A DNA stretch of 64,000 nt, from assembly GCF_009914755.1 (NCBI RefSeq), contig NC_060942.1, one strand, 5' to 3'. Under the pieces are notes generated by a model. It was given only the letters and a program-made list of their open reading frames with translations. It did not search any database and was not told the origin of the DNA. Positions 1-13,434 of this stretch are shown in pieces (position 1 is the first letter of the stretch; each line of letters begins with the position of its first letter). The stretch comes from the human T2T-CHM13v2.0 reference genome, Homo sapiens. Position numbers and translations under genes: made by a program.

Positions 1-540
1 CGTATGATAATTTAAGCTGAAACATTTTCTTGGCAACATAACTTTCTTGAGGGGTTAGGGAGTGAATTGGTACCTCTATAAGAAATATAAAATTCACAAA
101 AATTTTTTTTTAGCATAGGGAGTATTTGTGAAATAATTAAAAAAAAAAAACTCCAATGAATGAACCTGTTAGGATTCTTTTAACAAGAGTTAAACATGGT
201 ATATATATTCTTTGCAAGTTGGGATATTTTAAATTGAGTTTTCATAAAATAAGTGTGAAAAGTTGAAATGATCTTAGTGAATATTGGTTTGAAAATTTAA
301 AAATAATTTACACATAATGTCAGAGAATAAACTGTTAGGAAAATGTAACTGACAATATGAAGACCAACATAAAGCTTTTTCATCGTGATACATTTTAAAA
401 ATTGAATAACATTTTTGCTAATTTTTACTGTCATTTTTTCATGATGGCTCTAGTTGTTTTAGAGCTATGTTTTGCATTAGTCAATACATTCATCAGAATA
501 TTAGATTTTGACTCTAAGATGAATTTGAACTATATTGTGA

Positions 541-852
<312 letters not shown>

Positions 853-2458
853 TAACAACTTTCTCTCAATCTGTGCTTTATTCTGACAGACATGTTCTTT
901 TTATCTGAGTTACACATTCATCTGCTTTGTTATGTATGAGATTCTAAAGTTCCCATTTTATGACTTTATTTGCTAATGTCAATGACAAGAACCAGTTTTA
1001 AAAATGTAATGTTACCTCTGGCTGGTATAATCCATGTTTTCTATAATCTAGACTACTGTTAAGTGCAGAGATGCCAATCTTTGATGTAAAGTCAGTGATA
1101 AAGGTGGATTGGTTTTTGTAATGATGTTTGCCATTTGATCTCTGGCATTAGAGCTAATGAATTTATTTTATATGTATCATTACTTGGTGGCAGACACACT
1201 TTGCTGCCTTTTCACAATTGTGTATGCCAGTTAGAGGGAGTTGTGAGGGAATCTCTTAACATTCTCATTGGAAAAGTCTTCAGATTGATTATTGGCACCA
1301 GTGATTATAGACTGATAGGAATTTACCTATTTACCCTCTTTACTATTTCTGTTTTAAGCTCAGGCAAAAATTCATTATTTCAGTATTTAAGGCGTAGTTG
1401 GGCTACCATGTTATCTCTGTGGAGTTACACAAGTCGAAAGTATTTTTGGAGCCCTGAAAATGGGAATGGGACCTACAAACCTTTATTCCATAAGACCTAT
1501 CTAGGATTATTTGTACTGCCCAGAAGCTTAATGAAACGTGAGCTCTGAGTTACATCCACTGTCTTCATTGCGTTTGTAGTTACCACTTTGCATAACATAA
1601 AAAGGAAGACATTTTCAAAATCAAAAATATAACAGTAAGACCTGGCTCTTCATGAAAAAGCATTTTTCAAATGGAAGGAATCTTGCAATCTGGAATCTTC
1701 CAGTGGCCATAAAGTACAGAGCCCATGTTGCAAGCACCACTCCTTTGGAAAGAAAACATGGGGACTTAAAAGTGTAACTTCATTTTTGGTTTCCTTGTCA
1801 TAGAACTTTAATAAGGTTTGTATGTTAAGACCGAATTTTAGCAAAATTCGAACTTTACCAAAATAATTTGGGTCATATTTGTTACACTATTTGTTAATTC
1901 AAAAAATAAGCTGTTTGGACCTTGGTGAGAATCACCATATGTTAAAATTTAGCTCATGAATACACTTTATACTTATATGAAACATTGAAATACTTTAGGA
2001 AATTACTAGGTATATACATATATGTATATCTAAAGTATATCTCCCTCTATTATAAAGAAGTTATAATCTAAAATGTGTTTCCATCACCTTAATTAATGTA
2101 ATTACATGTTTATTATCAGTTGATGAGAATTTCCTCACTGAAAGGATGAATCTTTAGATAAGTGGCTTGTCAGTCTGTCTCTCTCCCGCTCTCATTCACT
2201 CTCTTTGGCAATTCCAATAATTTAAAATTTTATGGTAAGGTTTTTGTCATTATTTTAAGAAGATTACAGTTTAGATTATTTCAAAACACTGATTTGCTAA
2301 AATTCTATCTTCACAGATAATTCATCTTGTAACATGATAGCAGACTTTTTTTTGCACCCATCTTTGATTACTTGTCTTTAAATATTATCCCTAGGAGGTA
2401 ATGGTAATTATCATGGGTTAATAGTGGCCTCATCGATAATTTGGTAAGAATGAGGAAT

Positions 2459-2612
2459 TTATTGTATATGTATTTTCACATACCTTTAAAATGGGGTTGC
2501 AGTGATTATTTGGGAATGTCTGTTATCTAATACTTCAGTTATTGTGTATCTATTTTCACATACCTTTAAAATGGCATTGGAGTGACTATTTGGGAATGTC
2601 TGTTATCTAATA
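2459..2612. repeat. Tandem duplication, two ~74-bp copies with 80-bp period
   Basis: tattttcacatacctttaaaatgg...tatttgggaatgtctgttatctaata occurs twice with a few substitutions. Confidence 0.9.
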
Positions 2613-3366
2613 TTTTTACACTTTGCACTGGCATACAGTGTTTGTCTTTTTTTCCTATAATCAAGTTCCATATTGTGAATTAGAATTTTAGAAAAAGTCA
2701 CTTTTATTGTCATAGATTAGGTTTAACAATGTTTAAGATTTTGTAAATTTTGAATTGTTAGGTTTTTATTTTGTGGAATGTCTGAATTCATTTTTTTCTT
2801 TCCAAATTGGGGGTTATGTTACTTTAAATATTAGATATTATGGTTAGATATTTAATCTGATTCATTTTGTAAGAAAAGGTACCTTAATGAGAGGTCCTCT
2901 GACAGAAATGGAGGACATCTCTTTTGGCTGACACAGTGGTAACACACAGATGGCCATGCCTTAAGTGACATGAACCTATTTTTGGATATCTGTGTGAATG
3001 CCCTTTTAACTGACAGTGGTTTCAAATCTATAGCTCTAGTATGTGTTTATTTCTGTGTTTTGCCATTCTTTAATATATATTTTATTTTAGAGGGACTGTT
3101 AAGAAATGTGTTTTTCTTGTGAATTTGGATATACTTCCAGTGGAAATTTATTTTTATTTCTTTTAAGATGTTGAGAATTCTTATAGGCACCAATTACATG
3201 ATTTAGGGATGAAATACGTTTAGTATAATTCTTTGCACAAAGTGTCTACTATTAAATTGAAATCATTTGTAATATAACTTAGCAGATCTGCCTTTTTTTG
3301 TTTTTGGTATACTTACATAAAGAACTGTTGACTTAGGGAATGCCAAAATGGTTAAAGAATTTGTAA

Positions 3367-3516
<150 letters not shown>

Positions 3517-3894
3517 TGATAAGGATAGAAAACAAAAATATTAAAAAGGCATTGGTCAAATGTAAACTTGAAACAAAAATGATTACTGTTTATCTGATTT
3601 ATCATCTGTTCATTATGTGATAGAAAATGTGGATTCATGATTTATGTTTTCTTCTTTGTCAGCTTTTATACCAACCAGTAATGCTCCAGCTGGTTTATTC
3701 GTTTACTTTTAAAGAATTCAGTGACTGTTTGATGAAGTCTTATATACTTTATGGAACTATTTCTTAAGTTTGGTTTCTGTACGGATCACACACACTCATG
3801 CATAAACAAATACATAAACCTGCTTCCCCCAGAATTACACACTCAGTGTCATCACATAAATTAAGTTCTAATTCAATTGCCATATTTCAGTGAA

Positions 3895-4138
3895 AGGTAG
3901 TGTGTTATTGTAAAAGGAGGCCTTGGAATTAGAAGACACCTGGGTTTAAATATCAGTCCCACCAATTATGAACTTTGTGACCCTGGGCAATTTACTTAAC
4001 CTATTTAAAGCTCATTTATAAAGTGGGGATAATAATATATTCCTCATGGGATTGCCGTCAGGATCAAATCAGATGATGCAAGTAAAACAGGAAGTACAGT
4101 ACCTGACACATGGTAGGAGCTCACTAAATGGTAGCCAC
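3895..4138 (+). mobile_element. MIR SINE
   Basis: MIR core-like ctgggtttaaatatcagtccc...tgtgaccctgggcaatttacttaacc, and 3' end acctgacacatggtaggagctcactaaatggtagc. Confidence 0.75.
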
Positions 4139-4491
4139 TATTTTGTGTTAATGGCCTTATTCTATATTAGATATTACTTGGAATATAATATTACCAAGCA
4201 CTTGAAAATGTTTAATAAAGATTTTCCTTATTATGGCATTCGACCTGTATAGCCATAGCAGTTTATATTATCCAGGATTCTTAATTTTCCAAATATAAGT
4301 ACGAGTAATATAATTGCTTCTTTCCTAGACTTTCTCCTCTCAACTCCAAATGGGATTGCAGAATACTAGCATTTTCATTGAATAATATTTTGAATTCACT
4401 TCAGAAGTCACTTATACTTAAAAGTACCAGTAAAAAAGTTGTTTTTATTTAGATGCTGCTAAGTTATCTTTTCAATTATAAAGAGTTAATA

Positions 4492-4762
<271 letters not shown>

Positions 4763-5164
4763 TTAATAAATTGGTACAGCACTTAATAATTGACTAGCTT
4801 TTTTGACTTCATGCCTGTGGCATTTTTGCCAAAATAACACTAAATTAAAACTGCAAAATAAAATTTGTATGCTACATTGAAAGAAAAATATATAATTTTG
4901 AAAAATGATTTCCTCTATAAAACTAAAATAAGTTATGCCTTTATACAGGAATATTTATTTGTCAAAAACATTGTTTAAGCATGTCTTAGGTATACGTGAA
5001 TCATGTTAACTTATACGTATTTGTTTGTATAAATAGTATCTACTTAGCATATATAATATAAAGAAATTAAATAGATAAGGTTAACTTCAAGCTAAAAAAA
5101 CAATAGCTCTCACAGTGGCTTAACAATAATGTTAATATAGAAATTTTAAAAGTAAAATGCTACA

Positions 5165-5229
5165 TTAAAGTTCAAAAATGCTTTGGAAAATGCAGTTTTA
5201 AAGTTCAAGAATGCTTTGGAAAATGCAGT
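5165..5229. repeat. Tandem duplication, 33-bp period
   Basis: ttaaagttcaa(a/g)aatgctttggaaaatgcagt occurs twice. Confidence 0.9.
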
Positions 5230-5487
5230 GATTAAATTGTTGAAACCTAATTCTTTCCATTAGTGTTAAAATAGTTTTCAGTGAAATCATTAATTAAAAT
5301 ATCTTTGATGATTTGCTAGCATCTGATTTTTAAGTAGTTAACTCATTCGGTTAATAGTGTTTTTCATGTAAATAAATATGGTTTTTATGTTTTCTAGCCT
5401 TATTTCATTATAAATTTTCTAGTTTATGAATATTCACCTCCTCAACTAATCTGCTTTCTGCTTTTACATTTGGGTCTGTGGTCTTAG

Positions 5488-5715
<228 letters not shown>

Positions 5716-6709
5716 TGACCTTAAAGTGAAAAGAACAGATCCTCAAATTCACTTTATTATTTTCTGAATCTCTGTAGTTTGGAACTTGCTTTAAAAAACA
5801 AAAGGCAAAGGCTGTCTATATCAAAATATTCATTAATGAACTGACTTTTATAAATGAATTCCCCATCAAACATCCTACTCTAGTACTAACATGTGCCTCC
5901 GCCCATTGCATTATTATGCTTATGGATGCCAGCTTGTTCGATATGGATCTGATGATATGCAAGTGCAGATACAAGGCAAACTCTCTTGCTAGTTAAAGTT
6001 GGGATTGTGAATCCTTAGAAAAACAAAGATCTGATAGAGTTAGACTCAGGCAATATTTACAAAGAGAAAATTGGGAAGGATTTTGATGGATAAATCTTTC
6101 AAAAGAGTATAATTTGAAAGGATTAGAAAAATTGTTGAAATTTTTTGAATATTCTTTTGCAAAATAAAAGCTTTATAATTATGTTGCTACATTGAATGTG
6201 CATTGGAAAAGAGTTGTATTTTGCTATCATAATGAGCATACTCATTCCCAGTTCATCATTTGGTTGGTTTTGTATTTTTGTTTGGTTTGTTTTATATTTT
6301 TCTAAAAACAGTTTAGTTACTAAATAATTTTTTTAAGGTCCCTCAGTTACTAAGTGACTAAATTATAATCAATATAATTGAGTCAAATAAAATTTTAATT
6401 TTGCTCTTAATTATATTGATTAAAAAATTTTACCCTAAATTATATTGAATTAAAATTAAAATTTTACCCTAAATTATATTCATTGTAAGATAAATTTTCA
6501 GTTTTGCAAGATAAAGTGTGAGTGAAACTTTAAAAAAAACTTTTTATTATGAAAATTTGGCCTGGGTTTTAGGTGGACTCATTTTAAATGACCTTTTGCC
6601 AATACCAGTTATTCTTTGTAATGAAATACTCATTACACATGTCAAGATGGACAGTACATTATTATACAAGAAGGAAAATGAAAACAAAATTCAGAAAGGT
6701 TTATAACTT

Positions 6710-6928
6710 TTATATCTGGTTTAAACTCTACCAGATCTTTGCCAGTGGTGACTCTAGTGGATGTTTAATCAAGCATGTGACCTTGGGCACTTTTCTTAAG
6801 CTTTCTTAGTCTCAGTTTTATCGCAGATGAAATAAAGATGATAATAGGACTTTATAGGGTTATTATGTGTGTGGCATGAGTTAATCTTTGTTAAGTGCGT
6901 AGAACAATTCCTAGCCCATAGTAAGCAT
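6710..6928 (+). mobile_element. MIR SINE
   Basis: tgtgaccttgggcac...ctcagttttatc...aaataaagatgataatag...ctagcccatagtaagca. Confidence 0.7.
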
Positions 6929-7949
6929 AATACTTTTGTTAAATACTTTATAATCTATAAAAATGCAAATATTTATTTCACTTATAGCCGAAGTATCACA
7001 CATTAACAGCTCCAGTGAAAATTCTTAATTGTTTGAGCAATAAAATATTTACTTAGTGAATATAGGTTATCATTTGCTTTCTGGAAATTTTTCTATTTTA
7101 ATAAAGCAAATTAAGTTAAAAAAAAAAAACAAGGCATCTAGACATATAGACTCTAAGTTATTAGGCTTAAGATTGTTTTAAAAATATGTGCAGATTTTCA
7201 AATTTCCAGAATATAAAAAAGAGTTTCAAAAAAATAAAATTGGGATGAAAAGAACTTTGTCTTTGAGTAGATGAGAAGGTAGTCCGGAAAAAGTGTTCTT
7301 TGTTCATAATTTGTGGGCATTAACTTTATAATATTCCAGAAAATATAGTTAGATGATCATCTCATCATAAGCTTTATTGAATATAAGATCCCCAAAATTA
7401 AGGACAAACTATGACTATAGTATTTACAGAGTTGTTTGAAGGTGAAAATAGGCAATGGCAAATCACTAAAGAATTTTTTTAAAAATAAGAATGCTATTAT
7501 GGAAATATTGAGACATTGGTGCTTTTAAGACATCTTTATTCCAAATGGACTCGTGTGAAGTAGGGAAATTGATTAAAGTAGAATAACTAGCTGGCAGGCT
7601 ATTGCAGAAGGGAGGTTATGGGAACCAGACCTAAATGTAGATAGGGTAGAATAAAAGATAATTTCTAAGACTTGATTATTGATTGCTTATAAAGGTCTAA
7701 GAAAAACACCAAAGATTAGTACAGGGTTGTATTCTTGACAGAGAAAAACGTTGGGAAAAAGAGATGCCATTAGCAATTGTAGTGGATGCCTTTTTATTTT
7801 ATTCCTGGGAAGAAGAGAATAAGTTAGCTACAAGGTAAAGGCAAAATATAGCCACAAATTACTCCCTGAAGCAGTGCCAGAACTGTGTATGTTGTTTGGC
7901 GAGAGGTGTGTTAGCAGGCCCAGAGAGAATAAAATATAAGTAAAATAGT

Positions 7950-8175
7950 AATACCTACCATTAATTGGACACTTTGTCTGCGTCAGGCTTTGCTAAGTAT
8001 CTGGTCTACGTTATTTCATTTAACCATTACAATAACCTTGTAAAGTACCCACTATTGCCATCACGGCCTGCCTCTGCCCCCAGCCTTTTGTTTTCTTTCA
8101 GAGGATTAAATGGGAGGCCAGGAGAGATTAAAGAATTTTCTGAAGGTCCCTCAGTTACTAAGTGACAGACTCCAA
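7950..8175 (-). mobile_element. MIR SINE (degenerate)
   Basis: tatttcatttaaccattacaataacctt...aaggtccctcagttactaagtgacaga. Confidence 0.6.
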
Positions 8176-8204
8176 AACTTATTCTTGTAACCACTATTTA
8201 TTCC

Positions 8205-8488
8205 TTTTTTTAAAAAATTATTTTTTATTTCAATAGCTTTTGGTGTATAAATGGTTTTTGGTTACATAGATGGAGTGTAAGGTGGTAAAGTGTGAGATTT
8301 TAGTGCAGCCTTCACCTGGAGGGTAAAGGTGCACATTGCTGTACATTATACCCAATACGTAGCTTTTTTTATCCCTCACCCTTCCTCCACCCTTCCCCTT
8401 CTGAGTCTCCATAATCCATTATATCACTCTGTGTGCCTTTGCATACTCAGAATTTAGCTCCCACTTATAAGTGAGAACGTATATTAAT
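8205..8488 (-). mobile_element. 5'-truncated L1 3' end (L1PB/L1MA-like) with 13-bp TSD
   Basis: T-rich tail, tagctcccacttataagtgagaac motif, and TSD cactatttattcc at 8192-8204 and 8489-8501. Confidence 0.85.
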
Positions 8489-9769
8489 CACTATTTATTC
8501 CATCTTGCTTGCTCTGGCATCCTTGGATCTTAAATGGGGATGAAGATGGAAGAATGAGTAGATACTTAGCTTAACTAATATTGCTTTCAGACACTGTTCT
8601 TTGCAGCCGTGTTACAGTTAACGACAACAAAATGGAGTCACAAAAATTGTAAGAAAATGACTCTTTGATGGGTCTGGTCACTGTTTAAGTATAAAGTAAG
8701 CTGTTCTTATGTCATATTTAAACCTTTCTGTTTATGTATTATGTTTATGTTGTATATTTAAGTTTTGTATTTATGTAAGTCTTTTGTATTTGATTATAGT
8801 ATCCCAGAGTACTTCATATATTAGCTAAATGCTGGCTTACTTAAAACTTTGATCTTGTCATTTATTGTTGTTGTTTTTTTTTTTGTGAAAGACAAACATG
8901 CATTCTACATGTAACTGAAACATGCACTGACAACTCTTGATATAATACATTAATCTTTTCTGGAACTTCTACATTGACTGAGTGTTAAACTCGTTTTAGT
9001 TTGCTTTACTGTGAGCTTTCTATTTTAATAAAAGGGTGTCAGGCTAAGGGAGTAGGGATTCTGAACGTATGAAAGGAGAAGAAAGCTTACAACAAATGAG
9101 GAATGACCACATAGGGCTGTTGAACAGATTTGCTGTCCGAAGGGATCAAAAGGTTATGGAGCCAGCTGGTAGACAGCCCACACTTGCCATCAACGTGCTT
9201 GTACTGAAATCGCCTCTACCATTGTCATTAATGTTTGAGATGATCATTGTGGCAAGTTACATCGTAAAGTATTGCTTTAGAAATGCAAAACCTGTTTCTA
9301 GCATAAGAATCTTCTTTGAAAATGGGCAAAATATTAAACAATATATCTGACAAATATACCACCCATCAGATATTTTCTTATAATTTAATAATTCTAGGCA
9401 CTTTACAAAATGCAATAATTCCCTAAGCAATCTTGGCAGCTCCTAACTTAAAATTGAGCTTTGTCTAAGAGTCCTTTTCTTACATATTTGTCTGAAAATC
9501 AGAAAACGCTCTTACCTGAAGAGCAGAATGGCATACTGGGCTGATGGACTGTGATAGCTCTTCATCTTAGAGATGAAGTTTAATGTGGGTGGTAACTATC
9601 TCTACTTCACAGTCCGTAAGTGATTGGGCTGGGACTAAGATGATAAAGCATCTGGTCTTACTGACTGGGATCTTCTATATTTTATTTAGGTACATTATGC
9701 AATAAAAAGCCGTTTGCAGGTTAGTTTGAGAATGTAAGGAAAACAATGAGCCAGTTGCTTTTCTCAGGA

Positions 9770-9920
9770 TTCTTTTTTTCTTTTTCTTTTTTTTTTTTTT
9801 TTAAAGAGACAGGGTCTCGCTGTGTTGTCCTGGCTGGACTTGAACTCCTAGGCTCAAGGGATCTTCCCGCCTCAGCCTCCTGAGTAGCTGGAACTAAAGG
9901 TGCACACCACCATGCCTGGC
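9770..9920 (-). mobile_element. Alu monomer (FLAM-like)
   Basis: Poly-T, then gagacagggtctcgctgtgttg...gcctcagcctcctgagtagctgg...catgcctggc. TSD tctcagga at 9762 and 9921. Confidence 0.85.
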
Positions 9921-10206
9921 TCTCAGGACAGGAGAGCATGAAAAGAGAAACTCTTTGTAACGCTTTTAATGTAAAGTGCATAATACAAGTACAGAACGTT
10001 GGCTGGCTGTACCTTTCCTTTTCTATGTTGGTTTCTATAGTTTTGTTCTCTTTATTGCCACTGCCTCAGAATTCACTTTAATTTATATTGCCCAGGGATT
10101 CTGGCAGATCACTGCCAGACTGGAGATCACTGGGGAAGAAAAAGGAGCAATAGTCTGTCTTAACTGAAAAGCCAGCTCACAGATTGTTATAAGAATAAAG
10201 TCCTTA

Positions 10207-10594
<388 letters not shown>

Positions 10595-10843
10595 CTATTT
10601 TATCCTTTAAAAATATCGTGAGTATGTAAACTTTTGCTGCTTAATTTCTGATAGATAAATTGAGGATAAGTGCATTGTGATTCCTATACTAATGGTAATG
10701 GACTTAAATAATATGGCATACGTTCTTGTAATACTGACTTATAGAAATATAATAATTCTTGTCTGAGCCCTCAGTCTTTAGCATGTTTGTTGCTTTTATG
10801 TTCCAAAAACACTTTTTAAAAATTTTATTGGTTATTGTTACTA

Positions 10844-10921
10844 TTAGGTTGGTGCAAAAGTAAATAGTTTTTGCCATTAAAAGTAGTGGCAAAAACCACA
10901 ATTACTTTTGCACCAACCTAA
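10844..10921. mobile_element. MADE1 (Hsmar1-derived mariner MITE)
   Basis: TIRs ttaggttggtgcaaaagtaa ... ttacttttgcaccaacctaa, flanked by TA on both sides (10842-43 and 10922-23). Confidence 0.92.
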
Positions 10922-13341
10922 TAAATAGGGATTAATGTTATTTTCTGAAATTTTTGCATTATAATTCAGATGAAGATAAATATTATGAGTTGTCTCAGAT
11001 TTATTTTGAAGTGAAGCTGTTTGGCAGAACCCAGTTTTATATGTCTCTTATTTGTGATATTCTACTTGTAGCATTTTGAGAATTGACTTTTTTATGAGGT
11101 CAAGCACCTGCTGGTTTATGAAATATGCCCACACTTGCCCTTCATTTCAGTTGGTGATGACTCTGAGGCAAATGCTGATGGTTCCTGATTTCCTTTGGCC
11201 TGCAACGCAGAGTGACCTTACAGGGCATGAGGTCACAAGCGTAATTATTTCTTGTACGTTGTATTCTGCCTGCTCACAGGGGCTCATCTCCTCTTTTAGT
11301 TTCAGAAACATTAAACACATAAAAGTCACTACCATTATATAAATCAAAATCTCTTCTAAAGAGGGTGCCGTTGTAATTTTATGCAGTTATGGCCAACATA
11401 GTATTAATTTGCAAATGTATCATCTCAGATATTGATAGAAGGATGTGTAACACATCGTGTTTAATACGTATTGATGTCATCAGAAAGCACAATCCTTTGT
11501 TCTTATCGAGTCCCTGCCTTTTTAGCTTCCTTTTGTGTTAAGGTTACCAGGGTTAGGCTCGTCTTTTTATCCCCCTTGGAAACAGAATAGGCTTTCTTTG
11601 TTCAATGAAAGACACTCCTAGTAAATGTTTTGGGTTTGACTTTCAACAAGCCACACTGTAGTACCTATTTTAACCTGGAATTGAAGTCACTTTTCTGATG
11701 ATTATAAAGTAGTGGTCATTCTGAGCACAAATGTGGATGGACCAACACTATACAAGAAGGTAAGATGAAACTGTGTTACAGAGGGAGTTGAAAAGGATAT
11801 TGTAGCTAGTAAAAATAGTTTAAATATTAGTGTATTCTTTGGTAGGCCGATATTTTTAGGGTTTGTTCGTAGGAAGAGGACGGGGGGAAGGATAGGGAGA
11901 GAGTTTGATAAACATGGTATGAGTCTTTCCCCCGCCCAAAGGCCTTAAACTACACAGCGTTCTTCCTTCTTTCTCTTTTTATATATGCCTCAGTGTTTGC
12001 AATTCTGTGAGATAGTTGTTTTTAAGGAATGGTTTTCTAGATGACTAAGGGTTTTTTAATTACTAAATGCTCAGGTTATTTTTAAAAAATACATCCTTTT
12101 TTTGTTGAAATATTTCAAAAAGTCTTTGGCTTTTTCATCCTCTATTCACTAGCCAGAGTTATTGTTTTGGCCTATGCTGTGAAATTACCACCACTTGCTT
12201 ATTGAAGAGAATATACTTCTTTATTTGAATGGAAAAGTCCCCAGATTGATAATGCCTCTTACATTTTATATAGTAGTTTTTACTAATTTTCCTTCCTCCT
12301 CTTTTTTATTGTCTAGTAATTGTTACCAATTTTTATTGCTATTGGGCTGCTACCTTTCACCTTTAGCAGCTTTTACCCTGATTTCGAATTTACTGTTTCT
12401 AGTGTTGTAGGGGTGTGGATGCCAGGCAACCAAGCTTGAGTTAAATGTAAAATAAGAGTAAACTGGCTAAGAATAAGAGCTCTCTGATAAAAATATACCT
12501 AAGCTTTAGGTAAGCACCCTGTGCTGTCCCTCTTGGTTCCTCACTTTCTGCTTGCTGGACTACTTTCCTATCTCCTTTGTGGTATTCTGGATGTCTTTTC
12601 TTTTTGAGCAAGAGTATTCTAATTGGTGAAAGAACGGGAAAGTTACTCATGAAGAACTCAATAATTCTAAAATACCCCTTTTGTAATGCCTGTTTTATGA
12701 ACCAGCTAAAACTAAAGGATGAGGTTTCTTCAAAAATATTTGTAATAGTTGACTTATAGTGTTCACAAAGCCAATTGGAAATGATTATGCATTGTGATTA
12801 GAAGGGGAAGTACTAAATTATGACTGAGTGATATATATGAAAACTACTTCTGTGTGATACTTTATATTGTGAGTCAGAAAGAGTTTGTCTAAGACAAGCT
12901 ATATTATGCAAAGCACACTGTATCCGTAGTGTATCTGTTTGCAGTGTTTCATTGGGACCTGAGAGATTTGTTCCTCTTTTTTCTTCCAGAGAGTCAGAGC
13001 TATTGAGCTTAATTTTAAGCGCTCTAGACTGATCACGTATTTAGCAGCATTAAACTGTTCTACTTATCTATATTTGGCCACTAACCTAATGGAATAACAA
13101 TGGAATTTGTTCTTAATCAGTCATGACTATCTAAAAGGGAAATTCGTTCCATGTGACTTGGGTTCTTTGAGTTAACATTTAATATTCTCGTGAGTTTTCT
13201 TTTATCTTTTTAATAAGTCTTGAACATTAGTCAAGTGGCAAATTAAAAATGAAAGTATTCTTGGATGGATTGGTTATTTAGACTTTACTTCTAAGTAATA
13301 AACAGAAAATTCCCTGTTATCAAGTTAATTCTGTATGTTAG

Positions 13342-13434
13342 GAGCTCCGCAGGATGAAGTCACTTCCTGCTACCAGGGAACTCCTCCGCACAAGCGGTCC
13401 TCTAACAATGGAGCCAACAGCCTGCGCTCAGGAT
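13342..13434 (+). CDS. Candidate alternative WDR7 cassette exon, 93 nt (RAPQDEVTSCYQGTPPHKRSSNNGANSLRSG)
   Basis: Acceptor ctgtatgttag| and donor GGAT|gtcagt. Length divisible by 3, open in the WDR7 phase, about 58% GC with 4 CpGs in AT-rich surroundings. Confidence 0.4.

Noticed and set aside
1135-1548. Longest ORF in the track (137 aa)
   Set aside because: Non-ATG start, no recognisable domain and no convincing splice boundaries. It lies in the intron between two WDR7 exons.
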